In this document: positions 27,410-38,049 of the stretch, piece after piece | How positions within the stretch are numbered: position 1 is the first letter of the stretch | Layout of the letters: each line of letters begins with the position of its first letter | Source: a virus | Taxonomy: Duplodnaviria; Caudoviricetes | Length of the DNA stretch: 57,906 bases | Strand: one strand, 5' to 3' | IMG/VR virus record: IMGVR_UViG_3300032401_000578 | Coordinates: 1-57,906 of that record | Notes under the pieces: generated by a model | The model's input: the letters and a program-made list of their open reading frames with translations, nothing else | Told to the model about the DNA's origin: nothing | Databases searched by the model: none | Program-made: the position numbers and the translations under genes

Positions 27410-27788
27410 GCTGTCGGGCGTGCTTACCGATTGGCTCCAGAGGGTGGCGGGTTCGCTCGGCGTCGGGTTCCAGCAGTCCAAGGATCCGTCCGGGGCGGTG
27501 TGGAGGCCGCTGAAACGGAAGCGGCCGAAAGGGCACAATCAGGGGACTCGTCCGCTGATCGACACGGGGGCAATGCAGGCGTCTATCATTTCGACCGGAG
27601 CCGGTCATCTTCAAGAGGTGACGGACGATTCAGCCATGATGGGGACGGCGGACGAGAAGGCGGCCTTCCATCAATTCGGGACGTCCCGTATACCGGCCAG
27701 ACCGTTCGTCGGGATCTCGGACGAAATGGCGGACTTGGCGGCCGAGATGGTCGCTGCGGAAATCATCAAAACCTTGCAAGGGATCTGA
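27339..27788 (+). CDS. Virion morphogenesis / tail completion protein (Mu gpG / P2 S-like)
   Basis: DPSG..WRPLK, LIDTG.M..SI, AAFHQFGT..IPARPFVG. Confidence 0.88.
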   Translation: MSELKLEELPVFMDTVGQLTSRPKLSGVLTDWLQRVAGSLGVGFQQSKDPSGAVWRPLKRKRPKGHNQGTRPLIDTGAMQASIISTGAGHLQEVTDDSAMMGTADEKAAFHQFGTSRIPARPFVGISDEMADLAAEMVAAEIIKTLQGI

Positions 27789-27791
27789 AAC

Positions 27792-28685
27792 ATGGGAACT
27801 CCAGCGGTCGGTGTGGCGGCGAAGATGGCATTCGACACGGCACTGCCTTTCGATACTTCGTCGATCCCGATGGAGTTCGAGTCGTGTTCGGTCAAGAAGA
27901 CGGGCCGGATCATCGCTACCGACGGGATGCGAGGAACACGTCAGCTTATCAAGGAGCGATCCCGCGATGACGGCTACGACGTAGCGGGAACGATTGTCAT
28001 GGCGGCGACGCCGCTGGCGTTGGACCAGTGGTTGCCTTTGATTCTCGGAGCCGTAGAGGCCAGCGACGTTTTCGATCTGGCGGAAACGCTACAGTCGGGC
28101 CTCCTCATGGTGGATTTTGGTTCCAAGGTGTTCACGTGGGCAGGAGTCCATGTCAACAAAGCGACGTTCAAGGCGCAACAGGGGAAGGTGTTGATGATGT
28201 CGCTGGACATCGTGGCTAAGACGGAGAGCGTAGGGAACTCCGGAACCTTCCCGGCCCTGACGATGCCGGTGGACCTGCCGTATGTGCTGTCCGACGCGGT
28301 AGTGACGGAGGTCGGGGCGACTCGCGAAGTGTCAGAAATCGAGATCGTCATCGACAATCAACTGGACACGGCTCGGGCTCAGAACAGTCTTACGCGAACG
28401 GCGTTTCCTTCTGCGGGTGTCATGATTACGCTGAACACGAGTCACCCCTACTCGACGTCGGAGACGGACCTTTACGGACAGTCGGTGCTGGGTTCGGCCG
28501 GGTCGGTCGTGTTCACGAACGCGGCGACGAACACGAAGGTCTTGACGTTCGCGTTCGCGAACCTGCAAGCCCCGGACATCGGGCCGGATCTCGGGTCCAA
28601 GGCGGAGGTCAGGCTTCCGGTCCAGTACGTGGCGAGACGAACGACGGCGACGTCAGCCCTGATCGTGACGAACGCGAACACTTGA
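27792..28685 (+). CDS. Major tail tube protein
   Basis: 297 aa beta-rich; GMRGTR; followed by terminator, chaperones and tape measure. Confidence 0.75.
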   Translation: MGTPAVGVAAKMAFDTALPFDTSSIPMEFESCSVKKTGRIIATDGMRGTRQLIKERSRDDGYDVAGTIVMAATPLALDQWLPLILGAVEASDVFDLAETLQSGLLMVDFGSKVFTWAGVHVNKATFKAQQGKVLMMSLDIVAKTESVGNSGTFPALTMPVDLPYVLSDAVVTEVGATREVSEIEIVIDNQLDTARAQNSLTRTAFPSAGVMITLNTSHPYSTSETDLYGQSVLGSAGSVVFTNAATNTKVLTFAFANLQAPDIGPDLGSKAEVRLPVQYVARRTTATSALIVTNANT

Positions 28686-28715
28686 TGAAAGCACGCTCCC
28701 GCACCGGGCGACGCG

Positions 28716-28757
28716 CGGCAACGGCCTCGGGACTTGTTCCGGGGCCGTTGTTGTTTC
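28716..28757 (+). terminator. Terminator-like hairpin after the tail tube gene
   Basis: CAACGGCCTCGGGA-CTTG-TTCCGGGGCCGTTG followed by TTGTTT. Confidence 0.65.
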
Positions 28758-28833
28758 TAGTATGGGTGGCGGGATGGTCGCGAAAACTGTTTCGCGACCA
28801 CAGTGGAAAACACTAGAAAACAGGGGCGGCGGC

Positions 28834-29214
28834 ATGGGTGCTTACATTCCAGACGGGCAAACGGCAAAGGGCTACATTCCAGAAGAACGCAACGGTGCGA
28901 GCGTGCTGTGGGAGCCGTGCAGGTTTTCCTATCGTCCGGCGACAGCGGCGGAGGTCGAGGCGTTGGCGTTGTCGGCGTCGGCGGTGCAGCTCGAACAGAG
29001 GCGGGTCAAGTTTCTTGCGGATCATCTCGTTTCGTGGGATCTGCGATACAACGGCGACGTGCTGCCGGTGTCGGCGGACGTGCTGTCCAGACTCCAACAC
29101 GGATTCCGCCTGACCATGCTGAACGTCATCACGGGGCAATGGCACTCGGACCCGGACCCGCTGGACGTCGCCGCTGTGAAGCCGGTTGATCTGGTGGCGA
29201 CGGCGGGAAACTGA
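28834..29214 (+). CDS. Tail assembly chaperone (G-like)
   Basis: Between tube and tape measure; ends in a slippery site. Confidence 0.75.
   Translation: MGAYIPDGQTAKGYIPEERNGASVLWEPCRFSYRPATAAEVEALALSASAVQLEQRRVKFLADHLVSWDLRYNGDVLPVSADVLSRLQHGFRLTMLNVITGQWHSDPDPLDVAAVKPVDLVATAGN
29205..29211 (+). other. Programmed -1 ribosomal frameshift site G GGA AAC
   Basis: X XXY YYZ heptamer immediately before the stop; the -1 frame is open into ORF 29223..29609. Confidence 0.85.
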
Positions 29215-29609
29215 CGAGCGGGGTGATACTGCTGGAGCGGTGGCCGGAGGTCGCGGCCGTCGATTGCCTCGTCTGTCAGAAGATCCAGCATGACGACAAC
29301 TGGCGTCCGATCATGCAAGCGGGGCAGCCGGTCCCAAGGCCGTCTGGCATAAAACCGCCTTGCGGCTATCCTCACATCGGCTGCCCGAAGGGGACGCCGG
29401 AACAATCACGGGCACTGACGACGGAGAACATGCAGGCTTACCGTTTTCACAAGGAGTGCGAGGCTGTCCAGCAATGGCCGGAAGACGCGATTGTGAGGAG
29501 GAACGCGGCTGTGATTCGGAGTGCGGAGTCCGTCGTGCGGAGGTGGCGAGAGCAGGAAACGGCGGCGTTGTTGAAGGCGTTCTTGGGAGTCACAGCTAAT
29601 GTCCGCTGA
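29205..29609 (+). CDS. Tail assembly chaperone frameshift extension (GT-like)
   Basis: -1 frame GGG AAA CTG ACG AGC GGG GTG continues to the stop at 29609. Confidence 0.75.
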   Translation, partial: GKLTSGVILLERWPEVAAVDCLVCQKIQHDDNWRPIMQAGQPVPRPSGIKPPCGYPHIGCPKGTPEQSRALTTENMQAYRFHKECEAVQQWPEDAIVRRNAAVIRSAESVVRRWREQETAALLKAFLGVTANVR

Positions 29610-31557
29610 CGTCACAAAATCAGTGATTCTGACGCTCAAGGTGGTGGCCGATCCGTCGAACGCTAAGGTCACGGCAGCAACGACGAAGTCCGTCAAGGAC
29701 GGCGTCGCGGCGCAGGTGTCGGAGTTCGCCAAGGCGACGGCGGTGGTGGAAAAGGAATCGGCCAAACAGGCGGCGGCGGTGAAACGTGCGGCGGAGCAGA
29801 ACGCCAAGCAATTCGACATGTTCTCCGAAAAGGCGTCGGCGATGAGTCGGGGGGCGTCCCGGAAGATCATCGAAGTCGGCGGGGCTTTTCTGCAGGTTGC
29901 CCAAGGCGTGGCGACGCTCGGCGTGCTGTCGGAGGAGACGACGGAGGGGATGCTTCGTGGGTTGGTCAAAGTCCAAGGCGGGTTCCAGATCATCCAAGGA
30001 CTAGGGAAGAGTTATCTGGATCTGACGGAGGCGGCTCAAGGGTTTGCGAAGGCGGCGGAGGCGGCCGCATCCGCTCAGAAGTTACTGGCGACCTACTCCG
30101 GTGTGCAAACGGCAGCGGCTGGTGTCAGTGCGGCTACGGCGGCCGGTGGAGCAGCGGCAGCGGGCGGTGGGACGGCGGCGGCAGCAGCCAGTGGAACAGC
30201 GGTGGCCGCCGGGGCGACGGCGGCGAAGACGGCGATGCTCGGCGTGGTGTCTGCGTTTGGGGCTGTCGTCGCTGTCGGCGGTGCGATTGCGTTGGCTGGC
30301 CAAGAAATCGGGGCACAGCTCGGACTGTGGGAGTCATTCACCGGGGCGATAACCAAGTGGCATACGGAGGCCAAGACCGGGGCTCAGGTCGCTCGGGATC
30401 TCGCGGCGACAGAGGCGGCGGTGGCGAAATCGAGGACGGAGGCGGACCGGAGGAATCAACGTCAGGGAGCGGAGGCGGATCGCAACGACCGCAACGCGGG
30501 GTTCCGTGGGACACTGTCGTCTCTGGCACTCGGCGCAAGTGGCGGGACCGACAAACAGAAAGTCGAGGCGGAGAAGGCGAATCTTTTGAAAGAGCAGGCG
30601 ACGATTCAACGACAACTTGCCGACGCGAAAGGCAAGATGGGGCAAGAGGAGGCGCAGGCGAAGGCTGGCAGCGGGTTCAAACAGAAGGAGGCCCGGACGT
30701 GGGCGGGCTACATGGGCGGACAGAGTGCGGACGGCGAGGTCGCGAAACGCGGACCGAAGGTCACGGTGTCACGGGAGGGTGTGGATCGCGGAAATCAGGC
30801 GGCGGCGGCGAATCTCCAGAAGATGGCCGAGACTGATTCCCGGCGGTTGGAGACGGCGAGGGCGTTGCAGAACGCGCAGAAGGAATCCCTGTCAACGGCA
30901 CGCGGGCAATACGAGACGGCGATTCAGACGCTGGCGGCCGAGAAGTCGCGGCATCAATCGGCACTCGCTCAGGTCGGGGCGATGACTGCCGGAGAACAGG
31001 CCCAACTCGCTCGGATACTGGACAAGAACGACAAGCAGGAGAAGTTCTCGAAAGCCGAAATCAAGTTCCTGAAAGATCGGAATCTGCTGAACGACCAAGT
31101 CACGGAGCAAGAGGCGGAGAAGGGTGACACGGCGGTAGGGAGACGGCTCGCGGAGGTGCAGGGGACGCAAGGCGGCGGGACCGGGGTCGAAGGGGCACAG
31201 ACGGCGGCGGACGAGGCCTACGCGGCGATGAACTCGGCCTCAGCGGAAGTCGCGAAAACGACGGCGGAGATCGCGAAGCAGGAGAAGGAGTTCGTAGATA
31301 CTCTCCAGAGACTCCAAGAGGCGATGCAGACGGTGAGCGACGCGGCGGCCGACAAGGCGGGCGTACAACGACAGGACATCAACGCAGACTCAACAGCGGC
31401 CGTTGGGCAGGCTGGGGACGGGGTGGCATCGGCGACGGTGGAGCTGAAGGACGCGATGGTCGCGGCTCTCGACAAGGTCGAGTCGTCAATTCGTGACGCT
31501 ACGGAGGCGGTGGCGGCGAGAGCAAGTCGCGGCTCGGCAAACAGTGCTGTGAGCTAG
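29599..31557 (+). CDS. Tape measure protein
   Basis: 652 aa Ala-rich helical protein right after the chaperones. Confidence 0.85.
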   Translation: MSADVTKSVILTLKVVADPSNAKVTAATTKSVKDGVAAQVSEFAKATAVVEKESAKQAAAVKRAAEQNAKQFDMFSEKASAMSRGASRKIIEVGGAFLQVAQGVATLGVLSEETTEGMLRGLVKVQGGFQIIQGLGKSYLDLTEAAQGFAKAAEAAASAQKLLATYSGVQTAAAGVSAATAAGGAAAAGGGTAAAAASGTAVAAGATAAKTAMLGVVSAFGAVVAVGGAIALAGQEIGAQLGLWESFTGAITKWHTEAKTGAQVARDLAATEAAVAKSRTEADRRNQRQGAEADRNDRNAGFRGTLSSLALGASGGTDKQKVEAEKANLLKEQATIQRQLADAKGKMGQEEAQAKAGSGFKQKEARTWAGYMGGQSADGEVAKRGPKVTVSREGVDRGNQAAAANLQKMAETDSRRLETARALQNAQKESLSTARGQYETAIQTLAAEKSRHQSALAQVGAMTAGEQAQLARILDKNDKQEKFSKAEIKFLKDRNLLNDQVTEQEAEKGDTAVGRRLAEVQGTQGGGTGVEGAQTAADEAYAAMNSASAEVAKTTAEIAKQEKEFVDTLQRLQEAMQTVSDAAADKAGVQRQDINADSTAAVGQAGDGVASATVELKDAMVAALDKVESSIRDATEAVAARASRGSANSAVS

Positions 31558-31570
31558 AGGAGGAGCGGCG

Positions 31571-32320
31571 ATGCAGTTGGTCAAAGGATCGTATCGACAT
31601 GCGTTGTACGAGGCGGCGGTGGTGATTACTCGCCAGCCAAGCTATTCGGACACCGGTCTCAAGCTCGGCTATCTCGAAAAGTGGGCAATCTCTGGCATTT
31701 TACAGGCGGACACACAGGCGGCGTTGACAACGGCGATGCTCGAGTTGGAGGTGGCTTACAGTAGGGACGGCGAAGATGTGTCGATCAGTACGGCTGCCGG
31801 TGGCAGTACGGCTCACTACATTCGGGCGGCGGGTTGCCAATACGTGCGGTCAACGCCGGTGTCGTACCCGATGGGGACCGGGGCGCAGTACACGACCTAC
31901 CGAAACTACGAGGTCGGGATTGAGGCTTACGTGGCAATCGGGGCGAATGGACTTATCACGGCTCCGGGGTCTCCAATGGATCTGATGGCCTACACGGAGA
32001 CGATCAGCTACTCGGGCAACGGAGGGCCGATCAAGATGTACGTGCCGGTGATCACGGGGGACTGGCCTGAGCAGCAAATCAACAGCGTGAGTCCGATTGT
32101 GATCGTGCAGTCGGGGTCTGCAATCGGTGCGACCGGACGGCCGGTGATCCCGTACCCGCTCTACCCGGACCGGATACAGAATCCGCCAAGCGACTACCGG
32201 CTCTCACTGGATTGGCCTCGGTCGTTCTTCCCGGTGAAGGGTCAGTTTCCGATTTCTTGGAGTTACACTTTCACGTTCATGGGTTCCGGCCCGACGGTCT
32301 TCCCGACTGGGCCTCTGTAG
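31571..32320 (+). CDS. Distal tail-type protein
   Basis: First gene after the tape measure; GAGGAGG RBS. Confidence 0.6.
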   Translation: MQLVKGSYRHALYEAAVVITRQPSYSDTGLKLGYLEKWAISGILQADTQAALTTAMLELEVAYSRDGEDVSISTAAGGSTAHYIRAAGCQYVRSTPVSYPMGTGAQYTTYRNYEVGIEAYVAIGANGLITAPGSPMDLMAYTETISYSGNGGPIKMYVPVITGDWPEQQINSVSPIVIVQSGSAIGATGRPVIPYPLYPDRIQNPPSDYRLSLDWPRSFFPVKGQFPISWSYTFTFMGSGPTVFPTGPL

Positions 32321-32335
32321 AAAAGGTGGTGATCT

Positions 32336-33598
32336 ATGACGGTTGTGAGGTGGATTGGAGCGGCTCCTTCGATCAAACAAGTGGACGTCGCGACTGTCGG
32401 CGGCACGATAGAGGTGGGGGATCTGTTCTGGTTGAGGATCGGGACGAAGACGATCTACGTTCCGGCGACGACGACGGTGGTGGCGACGACGGCGCAAAAC
32501 ATCGCGGACTACTGGGCGGCTCTCGACCGGGGATCCTACGCAGAGTTCGCGGGGATCACGGCGCAGGCGAACGGCGTCTACGTCACGTTTGAGGCGTCGG
32601 AGGCTGGCAAACCATTCACGGTTACGGTCGGCACGACCGAAGCGAACGGCGACGCCTCAGACGGCCAGACGTTCACGATATCGGCGTCGGTCGTCAGCAG
32701 TTCTCCGAACGCCGTGGGGGTGGCCGCAAATTACACTGGAGCGACTCTGCCAGTGAACGGTGACACGTTGGTGGTCGATGTCGATTCCCCGAACATGCTG
32801 TGGGATCTGGAGGCGTTGGCGGCAGTGCAATTGGCGAAGCTAGTGTTCACGGCTCCGGCGACGGAGAGCGGGCTTCCGGATCAAGACCGCGACGGATACT
32901 CGCAGTACCGGCCACGGTATTTCAAGATTCGGGCGACGGAGGTCACTGTCGCCACGGGGTCGCAGTTGATGCGGTTCGACTTTCAGACGTACGCTACCGC
33001 AATAATCGTCAACGCGACTGGGTCGAGTCGTGAGCAGCAGCGGCGGACGCTGTGCATTCAAGGTAGCAACGCGGCCAACGTGCTGAGGGTGAACAAGGGA
33101 TCCGTCGGCGTGGCGATGATGGCTGACGAGACGGCACGCTTCGACGATCTTCGACTCGGCTACGTGACGAACGTGGCGGGTGACGCGAACGTAGAGTGCG
33201 GCCAGTCTTGCACGTTGTCTTCGATCACGAAGAATGGCGGCACGCTGCGGACGCAGTCGGCGGTGGCAAACGCTGTGCATCGTGGCGGGACGTGGACACA
33301 CGACAAGGGTGAGCTTGTGGTCGTGGCAATCGAAGCGGGGGACGTGATCTACAACTCGGCCGATACACTCGGGACGACGACGCTGTCGGGAACCGGGATT
33401 CTGGATTTCTCTCGCGATCCCGGAACGAAGACGGTCACGAATCCGCTGGAGCTGTACGGCACGGCCGTCAAGTTCAAGGATCCGGCGAACACGGGCAACG
33501 CGGGCGGGTCGCTGGTGTTCGACTTCAACCAAGGGGCAAGTCTGGCGAATCTGGAGCTGGCTAACAACGTCCGCATCACTCGCTCGACACCAGCGTGA
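32336..33598 (+). CDS. Minor tail protein
   Basis: Thr/Gly/Val-rich; tail module position. Confidence 0.65.
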   Translation: MTVVRWIGAAPSIKQVDVATVGGTIEVGDLFWLRIGTKTIYVPATTTVVATTAQNIADYWAALDRGSYAEFAGITAQANGVYVTFEASEAGKPFTVTVGTTEANGDASDGQTFTISASVVSSSPNAVGVAANYTGATLPVNGDTLVVDVDSPNMLWDLEALAAVQLAKLVFTAPATESGLPDQDRDGYSQYRPRYFKIRATEVTVATGSQLMRFDFQTYATAIIVNATGSSREQQRRTLCIQGSNAANVLRVNKGSVGVAMMADETARFDDLRLGYVTNVAGDANVECGQSCTLSSITKNGGTLRTQSAVANAVHRGGTWTHDKGELVVVAIEAGDVIYNSADTLGTTTLSGTGILDFSRDPGTKTVTNPLELYGTAVKFKDPANTGNAGGSLVFDFNQGASLANLELANNVRITRSTPA

Positions 33599-33610
33599 AA
33601 GGGTTGACGG

Positions 33611-35308
33611 ATGGCACTGGCAGCACGCTTTGAGTTCCCCGGAATCCCAGCGACGTCGGTGATCGCGGCGAACTACTCGCTCGGTCACGGGATCACTCCG
33701 GGGGTGGTGACAGTCGAGGTTCCGGCCGGAATGGCGAAGCCGAGACAAGAGGGGACGTGCGTCTTCAGCTTCGGTTCGACGACGCTGAACATTGAGGGGT
33801 GCAAGGTCGATACGGGGCAGAGCCGAATCGGCCAAGGACAAATCTGGACGTACGCGATCTTGGACGGACGCTGGCCGTGGCAGTACGGCTACATCATCGG
33901 GCACTACAACGTGCGACGGCCGGACGGGCGGCTGAGGGAGATGACGGAGAAGACGCCGCAGGAGCTGGCAACGATGCTGCTTGAGGAAATGAACGTCGCG
34001 TCGTTCGACGTCTCAAAGATGGAAAACACTCGGCGGCCGGAGATCCACTGGAGTTACGAGAACCCGGCGCAGGCGTTGGCGACGCTGGCGGATGAAGTCG
34101 GCTGCCGGGTGGTGTATCGGATCGACAAGAGCGTGGCGATTCTACCGGCGGGCGAAGGGGCTGCTTTGCCGAACTACGCAGCAATGTCAATCGACTTCAC
34201 GCTGGACACGGCGCAGCTTCCGTCAGGAATTATCGTCGTCGGTGCGGAGTCCACTTACCAGACACGGTGGGAGCTAGAGGCGGTCGGGCTGGATGACGAC
34301 GGCCTCTGGAAGCTGATCGACGATCTGTCCTACACGCCGACGAACGGCTGGGAGGAGGAGGATCCGGAGACGATGGGCAACGTGGTGGAGCAGACGAACC
34401 CGTTGAAGCCGAACCCGCGTGCGTTGGCACTCCAGACGGTGTGGAGGTGCTACCGGATCAAGCTCTCGGAAAGCGGCGGTCCGTTGGGTGACGGCGATTT
34501 CGAGGGGATCGACACTCTGCCCGATACGTATCGGGGATACCTACCGCTGTCGTCCGGACTGATCGACATCCAGTCAACGGAAACGTCCGACGAGGACGGG
34601 GTGTCACTGGAGCGGAAGCCGAAACCGGCGATGGTTCGGGGCAAGTTTTTCGATTCCCAGTGGCTGCACGACATGGTCGAGGACGTGGCCTACAAGGGGC
34701 AGGTCTCAGTCGATGGGGAGAATGGGATCGTGCAGTTCGGCAAGCCTATGTACGAGGACGACGACGGCCGGTACAAAGAGGCAACAATCGTCGTCGAAGT
34801 GGCGCATCCGATACGGCGTGCTGACCGAGAACTAGAGCGGCCTACGTGGGTGTTCGACTTGACTGGCTCACGTTCGGTCGGGAAAAAGGTGCTGATGGCT
34901 CCGGACCTGAAGTACACGGTCAAGGTGGAGTACGACATCGACAACAACGAGACGGGGAGGATAGACAATCGCGTCAGCGACAAGCTCGACGATCAAGCGG
35001 AGTATCTGGCGAACACGTTTCTGACGTCGCTATCAACGGTGGAGTCCGGGGACAGATCCTATCCGGGGCTAATCGACACGAAGACGGACGGGGCAATCTC
35101 TCAGATTTCGTGGTCGATTGGTCGCGGCCCGGCGACTACGAGGGTCTCGCGAAACTCGGAGCATGACGCCGACATCATTCCGCCGTTCAAGGAGCGGCGC
35201 CGAAAAGAGTTGTCTGCGAAATTCGAGCGGGATCTAGCCGACACGCGGGAAACGACCGCTGCCTACCGGATGACTTCCGGGAAACTGGAGCCGAAATTCA
35301 GTGATTAG
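33611..35308 (+). CDS. Tail tip / hub protein
   Basis: 565 aa; NPAQALATLADEVGCRV hub-like motif; position. Confidence 0.6.
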   Translation: MALAARFEFPGIPATSVIAANYSLGHGITPGVVTVEVPAGMAKPRQEGTCVFSFGSTTLNIEGCKVDTGQSRIGQGQIWTYAILDGRWPWQYGYIIGHYNVRRPDGRLREMTEKTPQELATMLLEEMNVASFDVSKMENTRRPEIHWSYENPAQALATLADEVGCRVVYRIDKSVAILPAGEGAALPNYAAMSIDFTLDTAQLPSGIIVVGAESTYQTRWELEAVGLDDDGLWKLIDDLSYTPTNGWEEEDPETMGNVVEQTNPLKPNPRALALQTVWRCYRIKLSESGGPLGDGDFEGIDTLPDTYRGYLPLSSGLIDIQSTETSDEDGVSLERKPKPAMVRGKFFDSQWLHDMVEDVAYKGQVSVDGENGIVQFGKPMYEDDDGRYKEATIVVEVAHPIRRADRELERPTWVFDLTGSRSVGKKVLMAPDLKYTVKVEYDIDNNETGRIDNRVSDKLDDQAEYLANTFLTSLSTVESGDRSYPGLIDTKTDGAISQISWSIGRGPATTRVSRNSEHDADIIPPFKERRRKELSAKFERDLADTRETTAAYRMTSGKLEPKFSD

Positions 35309-35942
35309 TCGCGACAATACACCGAAGGGGCTGTTCGGACGGCTCCAGTATTTGGAATGCAAAAACGTCGGGACGGCCGATCTCGTGGCGTACTCGGCCG
35401 CAGAAATCACTGGGGCGGTCGAGGTGTCGGAGCGGATCATCCTGACGGTGCAGCGGCCGACGGACTTTGGTTGGCGTCCGAATATGGTCACAATCGGCCC
35501 GGCGAAGATCTCTGCCGGGGAACGCGGGGCATGTCTCGATGAACAACACTGCTTCGGGGCCTACGACAAGGGTGGAGCGGTTCCGGCCAAAGGGGAGACG
35601 TGGGGGCCGATCGAGGACGAAGGAGAGTTGCATCAGCATGTTCCGGGCGGTCTGGTGTTGCGCGACGGGGCGGACGGCCGGGTCTTGATTCGGCGGTACG
35701 AGCCGGGGATCATTTGGGCTAAAACGACAGCCTCGCTTTCGGCCGGGGCGACGGGCACGGTGGACTTCTGGCGATACGATCCGGACGCTGGAGGAAACGG
35801 GTCGCTTCAGATAGTGGAGGACGTGACGTTCGAGGTCACGGAAGCCAGCGGTGAAACCGACACAATCGACGAAGATACGTTCGTCTTCGCCTCATGGAAT
35901 CAACAGGCGGAGTGCTACATTCTCCAAGGTTGGGTGTGCTGA
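35301..35942 (+). CDS. Minor tail protein
   Basis: Overlaps both neighbours in the tail operon. Confidence 0.6.
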   Translation: MISRDNTPKGLFGRLQYLECKNVGTADLVAYSAAEITGAVEVSERIILTVQRPTDFGWRPNMVTIGPAKISAGERGACLDEQHCFGAYDKGGAVPAKGETWGPIEDEGELHQHVPGGLVLRDGADGRVLIRRYEPGIIWAKTTASLSAGATGTVDFWRYDPDAGGNGSLQIVEDVTFEVTEASGETDTIDEDTFVFASWNQQAECYILQGWVC

Positions 35943-37387
35943 TGGGAGCCTACGGATACGGGCCGGGATGCTGCGAGGCGTTGGTCTGCGGTTGGACGCC
36001 GAAGCTGACGAATACGATCTTGCGTCCGCTATCCGGGTCGCTCACTCTGACGTTGAACGATCTCGGGGCTAACGGGCGATCCGGCGACATAATCGCGACA
36101 GGAACGGGCGTGACGGTCGCGGAGGGGGACGTTGGGACGAAGGGGCTCGGGTCGAGCGTTAGACTTTACGGCGAGCTATACCCGCGGGTTGCGGCTTGTT
36201 GTGCGACGACGTTCACAGTGGCCTTCCCGGTCATCACGATCAACGGGGCGACGGCCCCGGTTCCCTTTGGGATTTACGAGGCGAACAGGGGCGACAGGTC
36301 GATGACATACTACGGGACGCAAGGGCCGTTCCCGTGGGGGTTCCCGTATTACGATTGCGTTTGGGTGGAGACTGGCAATCCGCACGACTCAATGTTCGTG
36401 TATCTAAAGCGGGAAACTGGCGAGATGCGGGTTTTCGTGACGATCCCTTACGCATCTGGCGGGATGGTTGGGGTGTCGTCCTACACGTCCTACACGGGCG
36501 TCCTTGGTTGCAACGGCGGAACGCTAACGAGAGACGTCGCGAACACTAGCTACACGGGATTCTATGGGACTCAAAACTATCCCGACACGATTGAGGTCGT
36601 GTCGACAGCGAATGATCCGCAACAAGTCTGGGTCGGCATCAAAAACTCGGTTGGGATCGCCTATACGCCGTCGTCGCTGACATGGTCGGCCGTGACGCTC
36701 GGGGCCGATGGTAACATCGACACGACGATTGCCGAAGTCGAGACGACAATCGCAACCCACACGCCGGGCGGGGCGTTCTGGTGGTCGGACGAAGAGACTG
36801 TCCAATTCGGCTGGCATGATGAAATCCGTGACTGGGGTTGGGCCTACTCGGGCGGCGTTCGAGAGATCAAGGACATGATCAAGGTCGACTACGCGAAGGC
36901 GGCCCCGTTGCCTCGGGTGCGGACAGGGTTCGTTGGGGCGTCGGGGGCGTTCGCGACGTTCCAAGCGGGTATGCGTTGCTATGGCGACTCATGCAACCCA
37001 AATAACGGGATGTCGCCAAGCTGGCTGCAACGACCTCCGAGTCGGTTCTACATGCTGACGATCACAAGTTCGGGCGGGACGGCGGGCTGTTCGACGGCAC
37101 TTCCTTATCAATTCTACATCTTCGCGCAACCATACTCTTCTGAGGCTTGCCATTGGCTCAATGTTCTCTACTCGCCCGTTTATCAGGTCTGGCAAGCGGA
37201 CATCGGCGAAACTGATTCCGACAAGTTCACTCTGGAGTTGAAGGGCGGGTCATCGCGGGGGAAATGGCAGATCGACTTGACGACTTCGTTCGACTTTTGG
37301 AGGCCGTTCACGGTGACGAAGGTGGCGGGGAGTGACACGGGGTCACAATGCTTGTACCCGGAAACGATCGAACTGAGCCCGCTCTGA
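35942..37387 (+). CDS. Putative receptor-binding / tail tip protein
   Basis: TGATG coupling; begins GPGCC; aromatic/Thr/Gly-rich. Confidence 0.6.
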   Translation: MGAYGYGPGCCEALVCGWTPKLTNTILRPLSGSLTLTLNDLGANGRSGDIIATGTGVTVAEGDVGTKGLGSSVRLYGELYPRVAACCATTFTVAFPVITINGATAPVPFGIYEANRGDRSMTYYGTQGPFPWGFPYYDCVWVETGNPHDSMFVYLKRETGEMRVFVTIPYASGGMVGVSSYTSYTGVLGCNGGTLTRDVANTSYTGFYGTQNYPDTIEVVSTANDPQQVWVGIKNSVGIAYTPSSLTWSAVTLGADGNIDTTIAEVETTIATHTPGGAFWWSDEETVQFGWHDEIRDWGWAYSGGVREIKDMIKVDYAKAAPLPRVRTGFVGASGAFATFQAGMRCYGDSCNPNNGMSPSWLQRPPSRFYMLTITSSGGTAGCSTALPYQFYIFAQPYSSEACHWLNVLYSPVYQVWQADIGETDSDKFTLELKGGSSRGKWQIDLTTSFDFWRPFTVTKVAGSDTGSQCLYPETIELSPL

Positions 37388-37782
37388 TGCTCCCACAATG
37401 CCGACATCGCGGAGCCGAACACGGCGGCCGATACTTTTGCCGGTCGGACAAGGCGGCACGGGATCGGCGGTGGCTGGCGGTGTGCGATGGCTGCCCGGTC
37501 GCAGACGTGCCGAACAGGGTCTACGAGACGGTCCCGGACGTGGCGGCGGCGGCTCTGGCGGGCGACGCGGCCCCGCGTTGGGACGCTTACGCGACGTTCC
37601 CGAAATGCCGACATCGCGGCCCGAAGATTGAGGACAAGGAAGCCGACTTGTGCGGCCTCAAAGGTCACGTCTTCGAGGTGATGGCGTGCGACGCGGTGGA
37701 GTCCGGGCGGTGTGTCGCGACACGAATCTGCGGGAAACAGACGGAGGTGGCGTGTTCGACGTGCGACAAAAGAGAACCTTGA
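37387..37782 (+). CDS. Cys-rich protein with duplicated PxCRHRG motif
   Basis: TGATG coupling; multiple CxxC. Confidence 0.65.
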   Translation: MLPQCRHRGAEHGGRYFCRSDKAARDRRWLAVCDGCPVADVPNRVYETVPDVAAAALAGDAAPRWDAYATFPKCRHRGPKIEDKEADLCGLKGHVFEVMACDAVESGRCVATRICGKQTEVACSTCDKREP

Positions 37783-37997
37783 CCTACGCTGACGCGATTG
37801 GAATCGCGGAATCAATCTCGATGCTCAACCGGGCGAACGGGGCGGAAGTGGCTGTTCAGCGGGCAATCCGGTCGATTGAGGACAGGTGCGGCGGCCAAGC
37901 GATCCCGGAAGAGTGGCTGCCGGAGATCGTGCGGGCGGTGGAGATCGGATTCCCGGAGGTGCAGAAACCGTTGCGTGCGGGGCAGTGGTTCCGATAA
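37779..37997 (+). CDS. Hypothetical protein
   Basis: TTGA coupling to the upstream stop. Confidence 0.5.
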   Translation: MTYADAIGIAESISMLNRANGAEVAVQRAIRSIEDRCGGQAIPEEWLPEIVRAVEIGFPEVQKPLRAGQWFR

Positions 37998-38049
37998 CCT
38001 TTCGGCGGCGTGGATGGCGGTTCGGTGGCTCAGTGTGGAGGCGAAGAAT

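Noticed and set aside
35942-37387. Diversity-generating retroelement target
   Set aside because: No reverse transcriptase gene and no template/variable repeat pair were noticed.
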